From positions 216,258,001-216,322,000 of the forward strand of contig NC_058368.1 in NCBI RefSeq assembly GCF_018350175.1: a stretch of 64,000 bases of DNA. The letters run 5' to 3'. The stretch's first letter is position 1; each line of letters opens with the position of its first letter. Below are positions 51,570 through 64,000 of this stretch, piece after piece. Source of the stretch: Felis catus. Its lineage: Eukaryota. The notes beneath the pieces were generated by a model, which was not told where the DNA came from, did not search any database, and saw only the letters and a list, made by a program, of their open reading frames with translations. Both the position numbers and the translations under genes were made by a program.

Positions 51570-51850
51570 TCAAATATGTCAGTCTATCTCTAGATTCTAC
51601 CTCCAAATTATGTTTGATTCTATTATTTTCTTTCCATTTTCACGGTTTCTTTCTTAATCCAGGCTCGTACTATTTTTAATTTAGACAACAGCTAACTCAC
51701 TCACCTGCCATCTTCATCTAACTTTCCAATTCAATTCTGAGAATCTCATCCATTCAACATACTGTCTTAAGTCGATGCATGCCTTGGTAAACCGAGCAGG
51801 CAAGGTCCCCGACTTCATGTAATTTAGCATTCGGTAATTCAGACAATATA
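51570..51850. mobile_element. L2 fragments in both orientations
   Basis: gattctacctccaaat...taatccaggc on +, then cattcaaca...caggcaaggtccccgacttcatgtaatttagcattc on -. Confidence 0.5.
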
Positions 51851-51937
51851 GAAATAAAGTACAGGAATGTATTGATAAATATCTTATTTCGCACTGAGTA
51901 ATGTGTTGTGAATTTAACTAAAATGGATATTAAAGAA

Positions 51938-52181
51938 AGGTGAGTGGGGGGATGGAAAAATAGATAAAGGGGATTAAGAGGTGCAAACTCCCAGTTATAA
52001 GATAAATAGGTCAAGGAAATGAAAAGTACAGCATGTGGAAGGTAGTCAGTAATATTGTAATAGCATTGTGTGGTCACAGATAGTGATGGCACTTATCGTG
52101 GTGAGCAATGAGTGATGTGTAGAATTGTCAAATATGTTGTATATCTGAAATACTGTACATCAATTACACTTCAATGAAAAA
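51938..52181 (+). mobile_element. Carnivore L1 3' end (L1_Carn-like)
   Basis: aaaggggattaagaggtgcaaactcccagttataag...aaaagtacagcat...cttatcgtggtgagca...caattacacttcaat. Confidence 0.88.
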
Positions 52182-52994
52182 GTCATGTCAGATAAAAATA
52201 AATTCAGCAAAAGACTTCATCTAAAACTTGAAAGATATAAAGGCATAAAACATGCATATGTATTAGCAATTGATTTCATGTGCATAAAACAGTATGCCAG
52301 TTGTCTGTAGATTTGCACGTGCTAGTGTGATCAGGTATCAGTGTGTCTAGAAATTATCAAGTAAAGAGTGAGTTGTATTTGATATGTTTAGAATAATAAA
52401 AAATGTCAGAATATGCAGGGTTTGATAGGCTATTGTAAGGGAATTATATACACATTTTCTAAAAACGATGGAAAGTCTTTAAGTACATTAAGAGGAGCGG
52501 GATGAAACCATTCTAGTCCATTCTAGTCAATTTTAACAAATCACCCCAGAAAAATACATGTGCAATTCTATTAACGTTCTTTGATGGCCATTATGTATTT
52601 TGTGTGTTTATTGCTCACTTAATTTTCATTCTCAGAAATCATTAATTTTAATAGAATCTACTTTTTAGATGTGGGGAACTTTTTTTTTTCTTTTTTGCTT
52701 CTGGGTTTTTGTTTGTTTATGAATTCTGTATTACCATTGTTGACCTGTAGACAAAATTTCTCCAAATTTAATGTTTTAGTTTTACATTATTTTGAATTGG
52801 TTCACCTCTTTTAGGAAATTCATATTAAATAGGTGACATGATAAGTAACATCCTTTGATTATTTTCTCTTTTCTTTCATCTTCCTTAGTATTCTTTCTTT
52901 AGGAGATACAACATCTAATTTTCTAAGTAACTTAATGGAAGCCAGTCATCTACCTCAAAATCTTAATTACAGAACGTCAGGAGCACTCTTGTAT

Positions 52995-53094
52995 TTAGAT
53001 GTGTGTGTTAGATGGGAGTCTGCCTGATTCACAGACCGCTGTGTAAAGCCAATTAGATCTGTTAGTTTCTTGGTTGGATTTTTCTTCTTTAACA
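52995..53094 (+). mobile_element. 3' end of an ERV1 LTR (MER4/MER34-group-like)
   Basis: tgcctgattcac...taaagccaattagatct...tttttcttctttaaca, followed by a PBS-like sequence. Confidence 0.65.
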
Positions 53095-54640
53095 GGTGTG
53101 GGGGCAGCAGGAGGCTGAAGGAGACTTCCTGCAGCTTTGGGGACAAATGAGAAACATGGGAGTGGCACCCATGGACCCTTTGCCGTTCTCACCATTTCCA
53201 AGGGCCATTGGTAAGTTCCTTTCAGTTCTGACTTCCATCTTCTTGGTATGGAGCTTCATATCTAGTTGGCTTTCTACAGCTCCTTTTTTGATTAGAAGTC
53301 CCAGCCCTTCGTTCTATCTATCCCCAGATTTCATGTTGAGAACTTCTGGTGGCAGCTGTAGTCCCCCTTTTGCTTGGAATTAGCCTGTGGCTCTCATTAT
53401 TTGGTATTTGCTGGTACAATCCTCCACAAACCCCAGAGTCCACATCTGGGGAACTGTTGGTGGTTACCAGCTAGAGCTGGACTGGGTCTGGGATCAGATT
53501 GGGTTCAATATGGGTTGGACTGAATCCAGTGGGAGTGAATATTATAAGGAATCTCAAAAGCCAATAAACCCACAGAGAATGGTGGTCACAGGTTGAGATT
53601 TTCAAGTTCTTAGAGTGTTTGCTACGTCAGAAAGATTTACACGATAGGCCCTTTAACATATTAATTTGGCTCTGGGAAGCCCAAAGGTATAGCTGACACG
53701 AATGGAATTCTTTATGTCCAAAGAGTTGAGTGTGCCACTATCCAGCACACCTGCAAATTTTATATTTAAGAACTATGATCCAGAAACGGCATCTATCTAG
53801 CAAAATGGTAAAACTTTACTAAAATAATCTTGAATTACACTGGCCATTTTGTGAAATGTCCCAATTGGGCAAGATCACTCATTTAAGAAATGCATTTAAA
53901 AGCAAGGGATCCCACCTTGAACAAACAGAATGGTGTGCCTACTTTAATTGGTATGCAGAAGCTCCTAAAAGCCTTTGAGATTCCAAAATAGTTTATTAAA
54001 AGACTTGCTACAAAGAGCTAATGAAAAACTAAACACATAAGAAGGGCCAAGAACAGAAAACCATAGAACTGACGTGCCTCCTAGTGCTCCTGCATTCTTT
54101 TTCAACTGAGTACTCACATTTTACTCATTTTCTCTCTGAACTGCTTCCCCACTCTGAAAAGACTATTGGACAGTGACTTTTAAGATAGATAAATGAAAGG
54201 TGCCTGGGTGGTTCAGTTGGTTAAACTCAGGTCATGATCTCACTGTTCACGAGTTCGAGTCTGGCATCAGACTTTGTGCTGACCGCTCAGAGACCGGAAC
54301 CTGCTTTGGATTCTGTGTCTCACTCTCTCTCTCTCTCTCTGCCCCTCCCTTCTGACTCTCTCTAAAATAAATAAATTTCAAAAAAAAAATTTTAATAGAT
54401 AAATGAAAATAATAGTCTCCTCAGGTGTCCTTCACCACTCAAAGACTGAATGAAGTGCCACGGTTAAAGAATTTCCTAAGCCTGAAGAGAAACCCTAAAA
54501 GATTTTCAAAGAAATTAATCATTATCAGTACCTATGAGCCTGGGCTGCCAGATATTTATCAGCTTGTAGACATGTTGGTAGCATCTGTTGAAGCCCAAAA
54601 ATTGGTACAAAAAGCAAGAAAAAAAAATTACAGGATGTCT
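53095..54640 (+). mobile_element. ERV1 internal remnant: Leu-type PBS, leader and decayed gag (MA and CA)
   Basis: PBS TGGGGGCAGCAGGAGGCT (53099-53116) matches 13/18 to TGGTGGCAGCGGTGGGAT. Donor-like GTAAGT at 53211. MA-like TPANFIFKNY...NLELHWP...EWCAYFNWYAEA follows ATG 53702. CA-like YEPGLPDIYQLVDMLV lies in ORF 54425-54652. Confidence 0.82.
54199..54394 (+). mobile_element. CanSINE inserted in ERV gag
   Basis: TSD atagataaatgaaa at 54185-54198 and 54395-54408. Confidence 0.93.
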
Positions 54641-54760
54641 AAAATAAAATGAAAATGAATCATGAATCATTATGTTTTGTGAATTGTAGTATACGGTTAA
54701 ACCAATAGGCTTAAATATATGAGCAAAATCAAAATAAAATTTAAGAAATAAACATTTTTG

Positions 54761-54980
54761 GGGGGCACCTGCGTGGCTCAGTTGGTTGGTTAGGCATCCA
54801 ACTTTAGCTCTGGTCATGGTCCCACAGTGCCTGGGTTTGAGCTCCTCGTTCGGCTCTGACAGCTTGGAGTCTGGAGCCTGCTTCGGATTCTGTGTCTCCT
54901 TCTCTCTCTGCCAATCCCCTGCGTGCACTCTGTCCCTCTCTCTCCTAAAACTAAATAAACATTAAAAAATATTTTTAAAA
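54761..54980 (+). mobile_element. CanSINE
   Basis: Head ggggcacctgcgtggctcag, (CT)n tract, A tail, partial TSD aagaaata. Confidence 0.92.
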
Positions 54981-56049
54981 AAGAAATACAATTGTTTCAA
55001 TTATAAAACAAAATAAAATTTTTAAAGGAAACATTTTTAAGGAAACTTTTTAAAAGAAAATAAAAATTAAAAGGTTTAAAGTAAGAAAACATAAAAATAA
55101 ATAAATAGTAAACACAATTAAAAATGATTAAACAGAAAAACATGAAAACGCATTTTAACTTCTTTTTTTGTAGAAATGATGCTCCACAAAAGAACCAAAG
55201 TAATGTTTTAACAATTTCTGAGAATATAAATAATATTTTGTTAATATCTATTATCTTAGTATCTGCATTATGTTTATAAAAAGGAAATGGAATAATATTT
55301 TTTTGGGTTACAATGTCAACACTTTGGTCACATTTACCACTTCAATTTGTCTGAAACAAGACACATATGTTGATTGGAATGTGCCCTGTATCACTTTATT
55401 ATTATTATTTTTAAAAATAAACACACACATACACCAATATTTTTGAAGAAAGTGAAATTGTTTAATATTTATCTAGTGTACGCTTATGGTACAGAACTAC
55501 CAAGAAAAGAAAAAAAAGCAATTAATTAACAGAATTATATGTTTTATACCTAGGCAGGAAGTAGGTGTCATTCAATCTATAACTTACAGAGAATAAAGTA
55601 TTATAACCGCAATAAGAAAATTCTTTTAGAATTAGCTATGGTTATTTTAAGCCCTATGAAAATAAACTGGTTTGTAAGGGTTATAACCGAAGACAAAATA
55701 TCCACAGAAGCTATAACTGCCAAGGCATCACACTGGTAAAGATTACCCATAAATCCTCTGAACCATAGCCATTATGATCAAAAGAGTAACAACCACACTA
55801 TAAGATATCATGAGGTTTTAAAAGAGTTCAGCAGTCTTATGACCCATATCCATTTGTATTAAAAGAAACGCGTATCAATACTGGCTTTATAGGATTTATG
55901 AGCACACAAATAAACAGACATTATATAAATGCAAAATAATTATAATACCAGTAATATCTTTAAAATTTTAATTATGCAAAAGCCTCCTCTAATTTACTTA
56001 TGGAAAATAAAACATCCACCTCTAACCCCTTAAGAATGTGAGGTAAACA

Positions 56050-56220
56050 GGGGCGCCTGGGTAGCTCAGGGAACTAATCATCCAACTCTTGATTTCGGCT
56101 CAGGTCATGATCTCATGTGAGATCTTGTCCCGCATCAGGATGTGTGTTGACAGTGCAGATCCTGCGTGGGAGTCTCTCTCTCTGAATCTCCCAAAAATAA
56201 AGAAATAAGCATTAAAAAAA
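56050..56220 (+). mobile_element. CanSINE (SINEC_b-like, partly deleted)
   Basis: ggggcgcctgggtagctcag...actcttgatttcggctcaggtcatgatctc...aaaataaa. Confidence 0.9.
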
Positions 56221-56989
56221 TAATGTTAGCTAAATACATTTCCTTATGCTTGTTATACCATTCTCTAAAGTTCTGAAGCAATCTATTCCCTCAAAATCGT
56301 TGAGTAGGATATATATTGTAAATTCAGCAATTAATATTAACTCTTTTTTCCCATAGATTCTATTAGAAGTTTTATATCTTAAGAAACCATCATTTATTTT
56401 TGAAACTTTATACATAACCCTCAGATTTCAGAATGAACATTGATGATCATTAATATTTATTGAATATATCAATGCTTTATGTAACCTAACAAATTTAATT
56501 TTATTTCCTTTACCATTTATAATTAAATTAACTTAATTTATACTATTATTGCCTTGAGAAATAGATCTGAGGAAATCCCTTTCTTCTATATGTAAAATGA
56601 TCAAGTTGAATAAATGATTTATTTCATTTTATATGTAAATTACTTTTGAAAAGAGATAAAATTGATTCACCGAATAGTTATTTTCCAGTCAGTGTATGAG
56701 TTAAAATATAACATGATACTTCCTTGAAGTTTTATGGGCCAGCTATGTCCAATATTTGGATATTTAACTATGTCATCAAAAGTATAAAACATTCTTTTAG
56801 TCAAAATCTACATTGAATAAATGTTATACTTTGCCTATTGAAGTTGAAAATTGAAACACTGTAAAATTATTTACCCCACTAGAATACATTTTGTTTCTGT
56901 GAACAAATCATGCACTTAACCACTAATTTAGAAAGGAAAAACTTCATGCAGTAACCGTATTTTTAAAATGTCTGTCTATGTGAAAAGTT

Positions 56990-57090
56990 ATCGTATCTGA
57001 CATCTAAAGGATGCATCAATAACTAGGTGAGAACAAGGGAAAAGGTGTATTCCGGGTAGAATAACATGTGCAAAGACCCCTAGGTGGGTG
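56990..57090 (-). mobile_element. L2 fragment
   Basis: ctaaaggatg...tattccgggtagaataacatgtgcaaagaccc. Confidence 0.6.
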
Positions 57091-57598
57091 TCGGCAAATC
57101 AAATAATGGAAGTAAGAGCTAAATCCCACAAAGCAAGAACAAAAAAATATGGTAGAGAATTAAGCTGGAAGGAATCAGTGGTCATGATGAGTCATGTTAA
57201 AGAGCTGGTCTGACTGTAAATATGGCTTCCCATAATCTTCTTTAATATTTATACATTTATTTGTATGGAAACATGCACAATATTGAATGTGATTCATGTA
57301 GAAGAATAATTTATATAATTTCCATGCAGTAAAAGAATAATATATATCTAGAAAGGAATGACACATTAACCAGATTTAGCTGAACTCGGAAATTTTAGGG
57401 AATAAATCACATTTAAAGGAAACTATGAAAAATCAAAAAGTATGAAAGAGATTTTTAGGTGAAAAAGACACAGTATGAATGATGAAAAAATTTCAAAGAA
57501 AGTAGAAAATAATGAAACATAAACCAAAAGAAAACAATAACATTATCAATTAAAAGCTGTATCACTGAAAAAAATAAACGAGTAATAGATATACTTTT

Positions 57599-57821
57599 TA
57601 AAACAATTTTTTTTAACATTTATTTATTTTTGAGAGAGAGAGAGAGAGACAGAGCATGAGCAGGGGAGGGGCAGAAAGAGAGGGAGACACAGAATAAGAA
57701 ACAGGCTCCAGGCTCCAAGCTGTCAGCACAGAGCCCAACTCAGAGCTCCAACTCACAAACCAGGAGATCATGGCCTGAGCTGAAGTCAGACCCTTAACTG
57801 ACTGAGCCACCCAGGTGCCCC
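57599..57821 (-). mobile_element. CanSINE
   Basis: TSD gatatactttt at 57588 and 57824. Confidence 0.93.
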
Positions 57822-58914
57822 AGGATATACTTTTACTGAATGCCATCAAGAAAAGAAAAATGATGCAACTTTGAATAAAAAAAAAAATAATAAGACAAAT
57901 ATATAGATACAGTGGCCTATTTTTTAATTGAAAAGATGGTGACATTTTCACGATAAATTCATAAACAACTGTTTTGTAGGAGTATCATATAAAACTGTGA
58001 CAGTAGTTAACATAGTATTAAAGTAGTTATATTTTTCTAATTTTTCATAAAGTGTTAAAATCTATGGGAATTTTGAAAAAAAAAGCATGTCTTTAGCATT
58101 CAATAAGTATATAAGACCAAAAATATCTGGAAAAAAAAAAACAACTTTGTATATACTTGGCTGTTTACTTGAATCATTGGTATAAATAAAATTTTAAGCT
58201 TCTTATTCATAATAAAAATGGATTTGTATGCATTCTGATATATTATTTTTATAAAAACTAATTTAAGTAAAGATAATTTTAGTAGCTTAAGAAGGAAATG
58301 GAGAAAGAAATATCACATATTAGTTTATTACTTTGTAATTTTTTAAGAAAATAATTTAAATGTTTGATTTTTCTATGGCATTTTGAGCTCATGGATTTAC
58401 TGAAATCCCATTAAAATAACCACAAACATGCAGTATGAAGAAAAACACAAATCCGGAACCTAGAATTGAAACAAAACACAGATAAGACTCTTGGGAGGCA
58501 TTTGAAAATATAAAATGTATGTAAAAGTGAAAGAAATGTCAACTAGTGCAAACTGGCCTTTGTCTCAACACAAGCTAGAGAAACTGTATAGAACACATGG
58601 ATATTTGCTTTGGTGTGGGAATATGTTGACAATACTCTCAAAGAAAAACAAACAGGGAACAAATTAAACTATCACCCTTTAAAGACCATCAAATAATATA
58701 TAAAATGGTGATCTTTATCTTATCCTTATAGTCCTGGAGAAACATAAATTTTAGCATGGTGTCATGAAACAATAATAAAAAAAAAAGTCCTGTTTTAGCC
58801 ATCTCAGCAATGAATTTTCTAAATGTTTGTAATCAATAGTGGCAGAGGTACTCAACAAAGAGATATCCATACTGGGGGATACCATACACTGTTAAAAGTG
58901 ATAAAATTAATCTT

Positions 58915-59523
58915 TGTATTAGTGTATCAGGACTACTAAGACAAGGTACCCAGACTGAGTTGCTTTGAAAACAGAAAACTATTCTCTCACAGTTCTTGGG
59001 CCTGGAAGTCAGAGATCAAGGTGTTAGCAGGATCAGTTTCTTCTGAGGCTTCTCTCCTTGGTTTACAGACAGCTGACTTTTCCTTGTGTTTTCGCATGGT
59101 CTTCCTTCTCTGTGTGGCTGGGTGCCTTTTTTTTTTTTTTTTCAACGTTTATTTATTTTTGGGACAGAGAGAGACAGAGCATGAACAGGGGAGGGGCAGA
59201 GAGAGAGGAAGACACAGAATCAGAAACAGGCTCCAGGCTCTGAGCCATCAGCCCAGAGCCCGACGCGGGGCTCGAACTCCCGGACCGCGAGATCGTGACC
59301 TGGCTGAAGTTGGACGCTTAACCGACTGCGCCACCCAGGCGCCCCTGGGTGCCTTTTTTATAGCGACCCCAGTCATATTAGATCAGGTTCCACTCCAACG
59401 ACCTCATTGTAACTTAATGGTCTCTTTAAAAATGCTATTTCCAAATACAGTCACACTCTGCAGGATTGGGGGTTAAGACTTCAACATACTAATTTTGGAG
59501 AGATACAACTCAGCCCCAAATAA
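58915..59523 (-). mobile_element. MLT1B-like MaLR solo LTR interrupted by a SINE
   Basis: tgtattagt...tctcacagttct...ctggaagtcagagatcaaggtgttagcagg...ccaaatacagtcacactctg...gttaagacttcaacata. Confidence 0.88.
59133..59345 (-). mobile_element. Young SINEC_Fc
   Basis: Near consensus and CpG-rich. TSD tgggtgcctttttt at 59119-59132 and 59346-59359. Confidence 0.97.
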
Positions 59524-59589
59524 TATGTTAACATGCAATAACCTCTATCAGATAAAGTGTGGAAAATCAAGTTAGTAAAACCTTGCTCA

Positions 59590-59820
59590 GGGGACACTTG
59601 GGTGTCTCAGTAGGTTAAGCATCCAACTCTTGATTTCAGTTCAGGTCATGATCTCAAGGTCATGGGACTGAGCTCCACACCAGTCTCCACACTGGGTGTT
59701 TTTGAGCCTGCTTAAGATTCTCCCTCTCCTGCTGCCCCTTTCCTGCTCACATGCTTCTCTCTCTCTTGTGCATGTGCTCTCTCTCTCTCCTTCTCCAAAA
59801 ACCAAACAAAAAACAAAAAA
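59590..59820 (+). mobile_element. CanSINE (SINEC_b-like)
   Basis: ggttaagcatccaactcttgatttcagttcaggtcatgatctc...gagcctgcttaagattctc. Confidence 0.9.
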
Positions 59821-60301
59821 ATGAAACTACATAGTTATATTCTAAATATATTTTAAAATACTCATTTTAAGTGATAAAGGGATTTTAGTGATTAACATTT
59901 TAATTTTATGACTTTTATGTATTTTATGTGAAATTAAAAATCATAAAAATCTACAGATCATATCTTCTGAAATTATTAAAATTTAAAAACAACCTAAGAG
60001 AATAAAAAAATTGATAATAGAAGCGAGAACAAGAATAAACTCTAGTGAAAATACTGTTAGTATAAAATATAGATTATTCAAAGGCAAATTGTTAAGAATT
60101 AAAATTGATAACTATTGTAAATATAAACAAAAATATGGAATGACCATACTCTTCTATGCCTGTTACTTTAAATGGTGTGATGATAAATTGAGTCTATAAA
60201 CAAATGGTCCCAGAAAAATCCATTTTTAAGTAATAATTTATTCAAATTAAATTCCCTTCTCAACTCTTGTGCTGTAGGAATAGTAATAAACTCAGAATCT
60301 T

Positions 60302-60405
60302 TGCAGTGATAGATTGAATAAGGACCCCAAAGATATCAATGTGCTAATCTTTGGCATCTATGAATATGCTAATTCACATGGCAAATGAGACTTTGCAAAT
60401 GTGAA
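60302..60405 (+). mobile_element. MLT1D-like LTR 5' fragment
   Basis: gaataaggaccccaaagatatc...ctaatc...tgaatatg...catggcaaatgagactttgcaaatgtga. Confidence 0.7.
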
Positions 60406-61879
60406 CAAACTAGTTGATACACTTATAAACATGATTCCAGACTTCAGGCTTATTCTGAGGATTCCATAAGAACAAATCTATAGGAAGGATACAAGAGCTA
60501 TACATCATCTCATCCTGAATTCTTTGCTCTTCATATTTGTATGTTTAAGAGTCATGGCCTAGACAATGCTTGTTATGCATTGCATCAAGAGTACTTTAAA
60601 TAAAACAAATTATCTTAAAGTTTGAACTGCTAAAGTTCTCTTCTCTTGTGATCTCATACAGTTATTGACCCAGGATCCTAGATATCATAACTAGTTGAAT
60701 TGGGGTGGACACTGAGTCATTGAGGGTTAATATTCAGCACTTCTTGGTTTAGAGTTCTTCAACCTTAAATCATGTAGCCAAGCATAGTGCGGTTATGACA
60801 TTTCAACGATATTTAAGAAATGAGTTTATTGTATTATTGGTGTTGCTCAGCTGGTAAAACAATTTCAGCATCTTCTTGAAATAATAATTTGAAAATGTCT
60901 TTCTAATAAATCAATCTAAAACATATCAACATTTTGAGAAACTTTATATTTGTATATTTTTCATCAAAGTAGCCTCCTTAATGAGATGAATGATGGTCTG
61001 AGCAACCAATTTTATTGTTAATCTTTCATTCTGGCATCCCATTCTATTTATTTCAATTATGATACTTCATGGATATTATGAATTCTTCATATGATATATT
61101 AGCTTATGAATTTTTAACAAGATAAATTGTGCTGAAAAGAGGACACTATTATGATGAAAATTCCCTAAGCAAAGGGCAGAAATTCTGACATAAATATAAT
61201 TTTTTCAAAGGAAATCACTGATATTTTATATTGGTTGGTCATTCTTAAGACAATGTCTTAACTAGCTTTTAAAATAGTAAAACATAATTCAAGGACTCTC
61301 AATGCAATTAAATAAAACAGCCCAATATTTATAGAATGTGTTTATCTTTCACAATGACATGACATTTACAAAGTATTGAAAAAGAATCAAACACCAGTTA
61401 TTAAAATTACAAGCATTTAAATAAGATAGTAAAAAAAAAATAAAAAAAACCTAATAACATTTTCTCATATAAGTGTCTTTTCTGCCTTGTAGTTACTTCC
61501 ATTTTCTCAATTTCACCGTTTCATGCATGGAAAATATAAATTCAAAATGAATCAATGCTTTTAAAATGAAAATATTTCCATTAAACAAACTTGATTGCTT
61601 CAAATATGATGCATATTTGTGCATTTAATGAAGTCATTAATTTTTTTCTGATCCTCACTATTACTTAACATTGTCTCTTTAAGACAAATGGATTAAGAGA
61701 ATAAAAATAAATATGAGGTCATTCCAGTAGGAAGTATATAGAAGTATTATTATTTCTGAAGGCCATCCTTACTTACACAAGAACAACAGCAAAAAACAAA
61801 CAGAAGACTCTATCAGAAATTGATTAAAATTACAAAGCAAGTTTATGACAAATCTATTAAAATTGCAAAGCAAGTTTGT

Positions 61880-62500
61880 AATTGTGGTCCATGGCAAAAA
61901 GGACCATAATTCCCATCCTGTCTGCATGCCCTTTACAAGGTGACTTTGCAGCTCTCCCCATTGGTAGGTTAGGCCTACATTTTTTGCCTCTTGAGTCATG
62001 GTTTGGTCAGATGCTAGATTGGATCAATGAGTTCAGAGCAAATGTGTTACATGCAGAGACTTGAAAAGCAGTTGAACATTAAAATAGCTCTTTCTTGCTG
62101 CTCTTGGGCTAGCCTGCAGGATGGGGAGAGGTACACGGACAAGCTATACCTATTGCTTGAACTGATATCAAGCCAACCAACAGAAATATAACCAAGGTTA
62201 GGATGCTTGGGTGACTCAGGCAGTTGAACGTCCGACTTCCGCTGAGGTCATGAGTTTGCGTTCATGTTCATAGGATGGAGACCCGGATAGGGCTCGGGGC
62301 TGACAGCTCAGAGCCTGGAACCTGCTTTGGATTCCGTGTCTCCCTCTCTCTCTGCCCCTCCTCTGCTTGCTCTCTGTCTCTGTCTGTCTCTCCAAAAATA
62401 AAATAAAATGGTTAAACATGTAAAAGCAAAAGAAATATAAATAAGGTTATCTTAAAAATAGTCAGCCCTATGAGCTGAACTTGGAGGCCAGACAATTTGG
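61880..62500 (+). mobile_element. MLT1F/G-like LTR interrupted by a SINE
   Basis: catgccctttacaaggtgactttgcagctctccccat...cttgagtc...gcagagacttgaaaag. Confidence 0.6.
62201..62430 (+). mobile_element. CanSINE with altered B-box region
   Basis: 19-bp TSD agaaatataa(cc/at)aaggtta at 62182-62200 and 62431-62449. Confidence 0.92.
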
Positions 62501-63058
62501 ACTCCACAAGCACCTTTTGTTGTAACTATTCTGGATTTTGGTCATTGTAGATAGGCTTGTGGTGATATCTCATCATACACTTCCCTAATGACATGTGGAG
62601 CATGTTTTCATATGTTTATATGCCATCTGTGTATCTTCTTTGCTGAGGTGTCTGCTCAGATCTTTTGCCCATCTCACAATTTGATAAGTTGTGTTCATTT
62701 TTATTTAGTTCAAAATATTTTTAGTTTTAAAGATTTTTTTTTCTTCGAGTCATGTGTTATTTAGAAGTGTGTTTAACCTCCAAGAGTTTTGGGAGTATTC
62801 CAGCTTTTTTTCTGTTATTGATTTCCTTCTTAATTCCACTGTGGTCTGAAAGCATCGATTGTATAATTTCTATACTTGTACATTTGTTAAGGTGTATCTT
62901 ATAGGCCAGAGGGCAGTCTATTTTGGTGTACATTTCATGTAAGCTTGAGAAAAATGTGCATTCTGTTGTTGGATGAAATATTCTTAGATGACAAATATAT
63001 TCATTTGCTTAAGGGTGCTCTTGAGTTCTGCTATGTCCTTACTAATTTTATGCATTTT

Positions 63059-63267
63059 TTAATGTTTATTTTTGAGAGAGAGAGAGAGACAGAGACAGAG
63101 TATGAGCGGGGAAGGGGCAGAAAGAGAAGGAGACAGAGAATTGGAAGCAGGCTCCAGGCTCTGAGTGGTCAGCACAGAGCCCAATGCAGGGCTCGAACTC
63201 ACAACCTGTGAGATCATGACCTGAGCCGAAGTCAGATGCCCAACTGACTGAGCCACCCAGGAGCCCC
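63059..63267 (-). mobile_element. CanSINE in L1
   Basis: TSD taatttt(a/c)tgc(a/g)tttt at 63043 and 63268. Confidence 0.94.
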
Positions 63268-63519
63268 TAATTTTCTGCGTTTTTGATAAAGGGGTGTTGA
63301 AGACTCCAACTGTAAAAGTGTTTTCATCTGTTTCTCCTTGTAGTTCTCAGTTTTTGCCTCATGTATTTTGATGTTCTGTGGTTAGGCACATACAGATTAA
63401 GAATTCTTAAGGCTTCTTGGAGAATTGACCTCTTTATCATTATGCAATTACCCTTGTTAATATTGGTATTTTTTCTTGTTATTATATATGCTCTGTCTAT
63501 AATTAATATTGCTACTTCC

Positions 63520-63712
63520 GGGGGGCACCTGGGGGGCTCAGTCAGTTAGGCATCTGAGTCATGATCTCGCGGTTCATGAGTTTGAGCCCCTTGTCGGGCT
63601 CTGTGCTGACAGCTCAGCTCCTTGGAACCTGCTTCATATTCTATGTCTCCCTCTCTCTCTCTACCCCTCCCCCCTTCTCAAAAATAAATAAAAAACATTA
63701 AAAAATTAAAAG
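63520..63712 (+). mobile_element. CanSINE in L1 with small deletions
   Basis: TSD aatattgctac at 63505 and 63713. Confidence 0.92.
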
Positions 63713-64000
63713 AATATTGCTACATGAAGCTTACTTCTGATTAGTGTTAACATGGTATATCTTTCTTCACCCCTTTATCTTGAAAATATATGTCTCTTTA
63801 TATTTAAGGTGAGTTTTTTATAAATCTCATATAGTGGGGTCTTATTTTTTATTAACTCTGAGAATCTGTCTCTTTTAATTGGGAGCATTTAGACCATTGA
63901 TACCTAAAGTGATTATTTATATGGTTGGCTTAATATCTATATATTTGTTACTGTTGTCTATTTTTCCCTTTGTTCTTTTTCCTATTTTTATCTTCCATTT

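Larger units (their letters stand above)
62520..64000 (-). mobile_element. Old L1M fragments (3' piece, then ORF2 endonuclease region), running off the window end
   Basis: gtggtgatatctcat...tgtggagcat...ctgctcagatcttttgccca, then ttatttagaagtgtg...aattccactgtggtctga...gtgttgaagactccaact...ttagaccattgatacctaaagtgattat. Confidence 0.8.

Noticed and set aside
1..64000. A novel multi-gene or prokaryote-like system
   Set aside because: No coding genes or operon-like structure. The content is explained by known mammalian repeat classes and unique non-coding DNA.

Overview
AT-rich mammalian non-coding DNA, almost certainly from a felid: it has about 29 tRNA-derived CanSINEs, four with the young Felidae SINEC_Fc signature (CAGCCAGGTCACGATCTCGCG...CTGGGCTGATGGCTC). 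I find no supportable protein-coding exon, RNA gene, CpG island or CRISPR array, so this looks like a large intron or gene desert. It is layered with transposon fossils: MIR and L2, old L1M/L1ME and carnivore L1 fragments, MaLR/ERVL LTRs, an ERVL proviral remnant (MLT2 LTR plus integrase/dUTPase-end region), two LTR+PBS+gag-like ERV remnants, a Tigger1 fragment, and microsatellites. Most ORFs in the track come from SINEs, simple repeats or ERV relics. I found no convincing novel biological system. The best second-look items are a SINE with apparent 3' read-through sequence, a 465-bp palindromic AT-only block, a 202-aa orphan ORF, a nested SINE with a triplicated B-box, a poly-C expansion in one TSD copy, and an isolated in-frame L1 ORF2 patch. 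Repeat family names come from recall of consensus sequences, not from a database search, and boundaries of old repeats are approximate.
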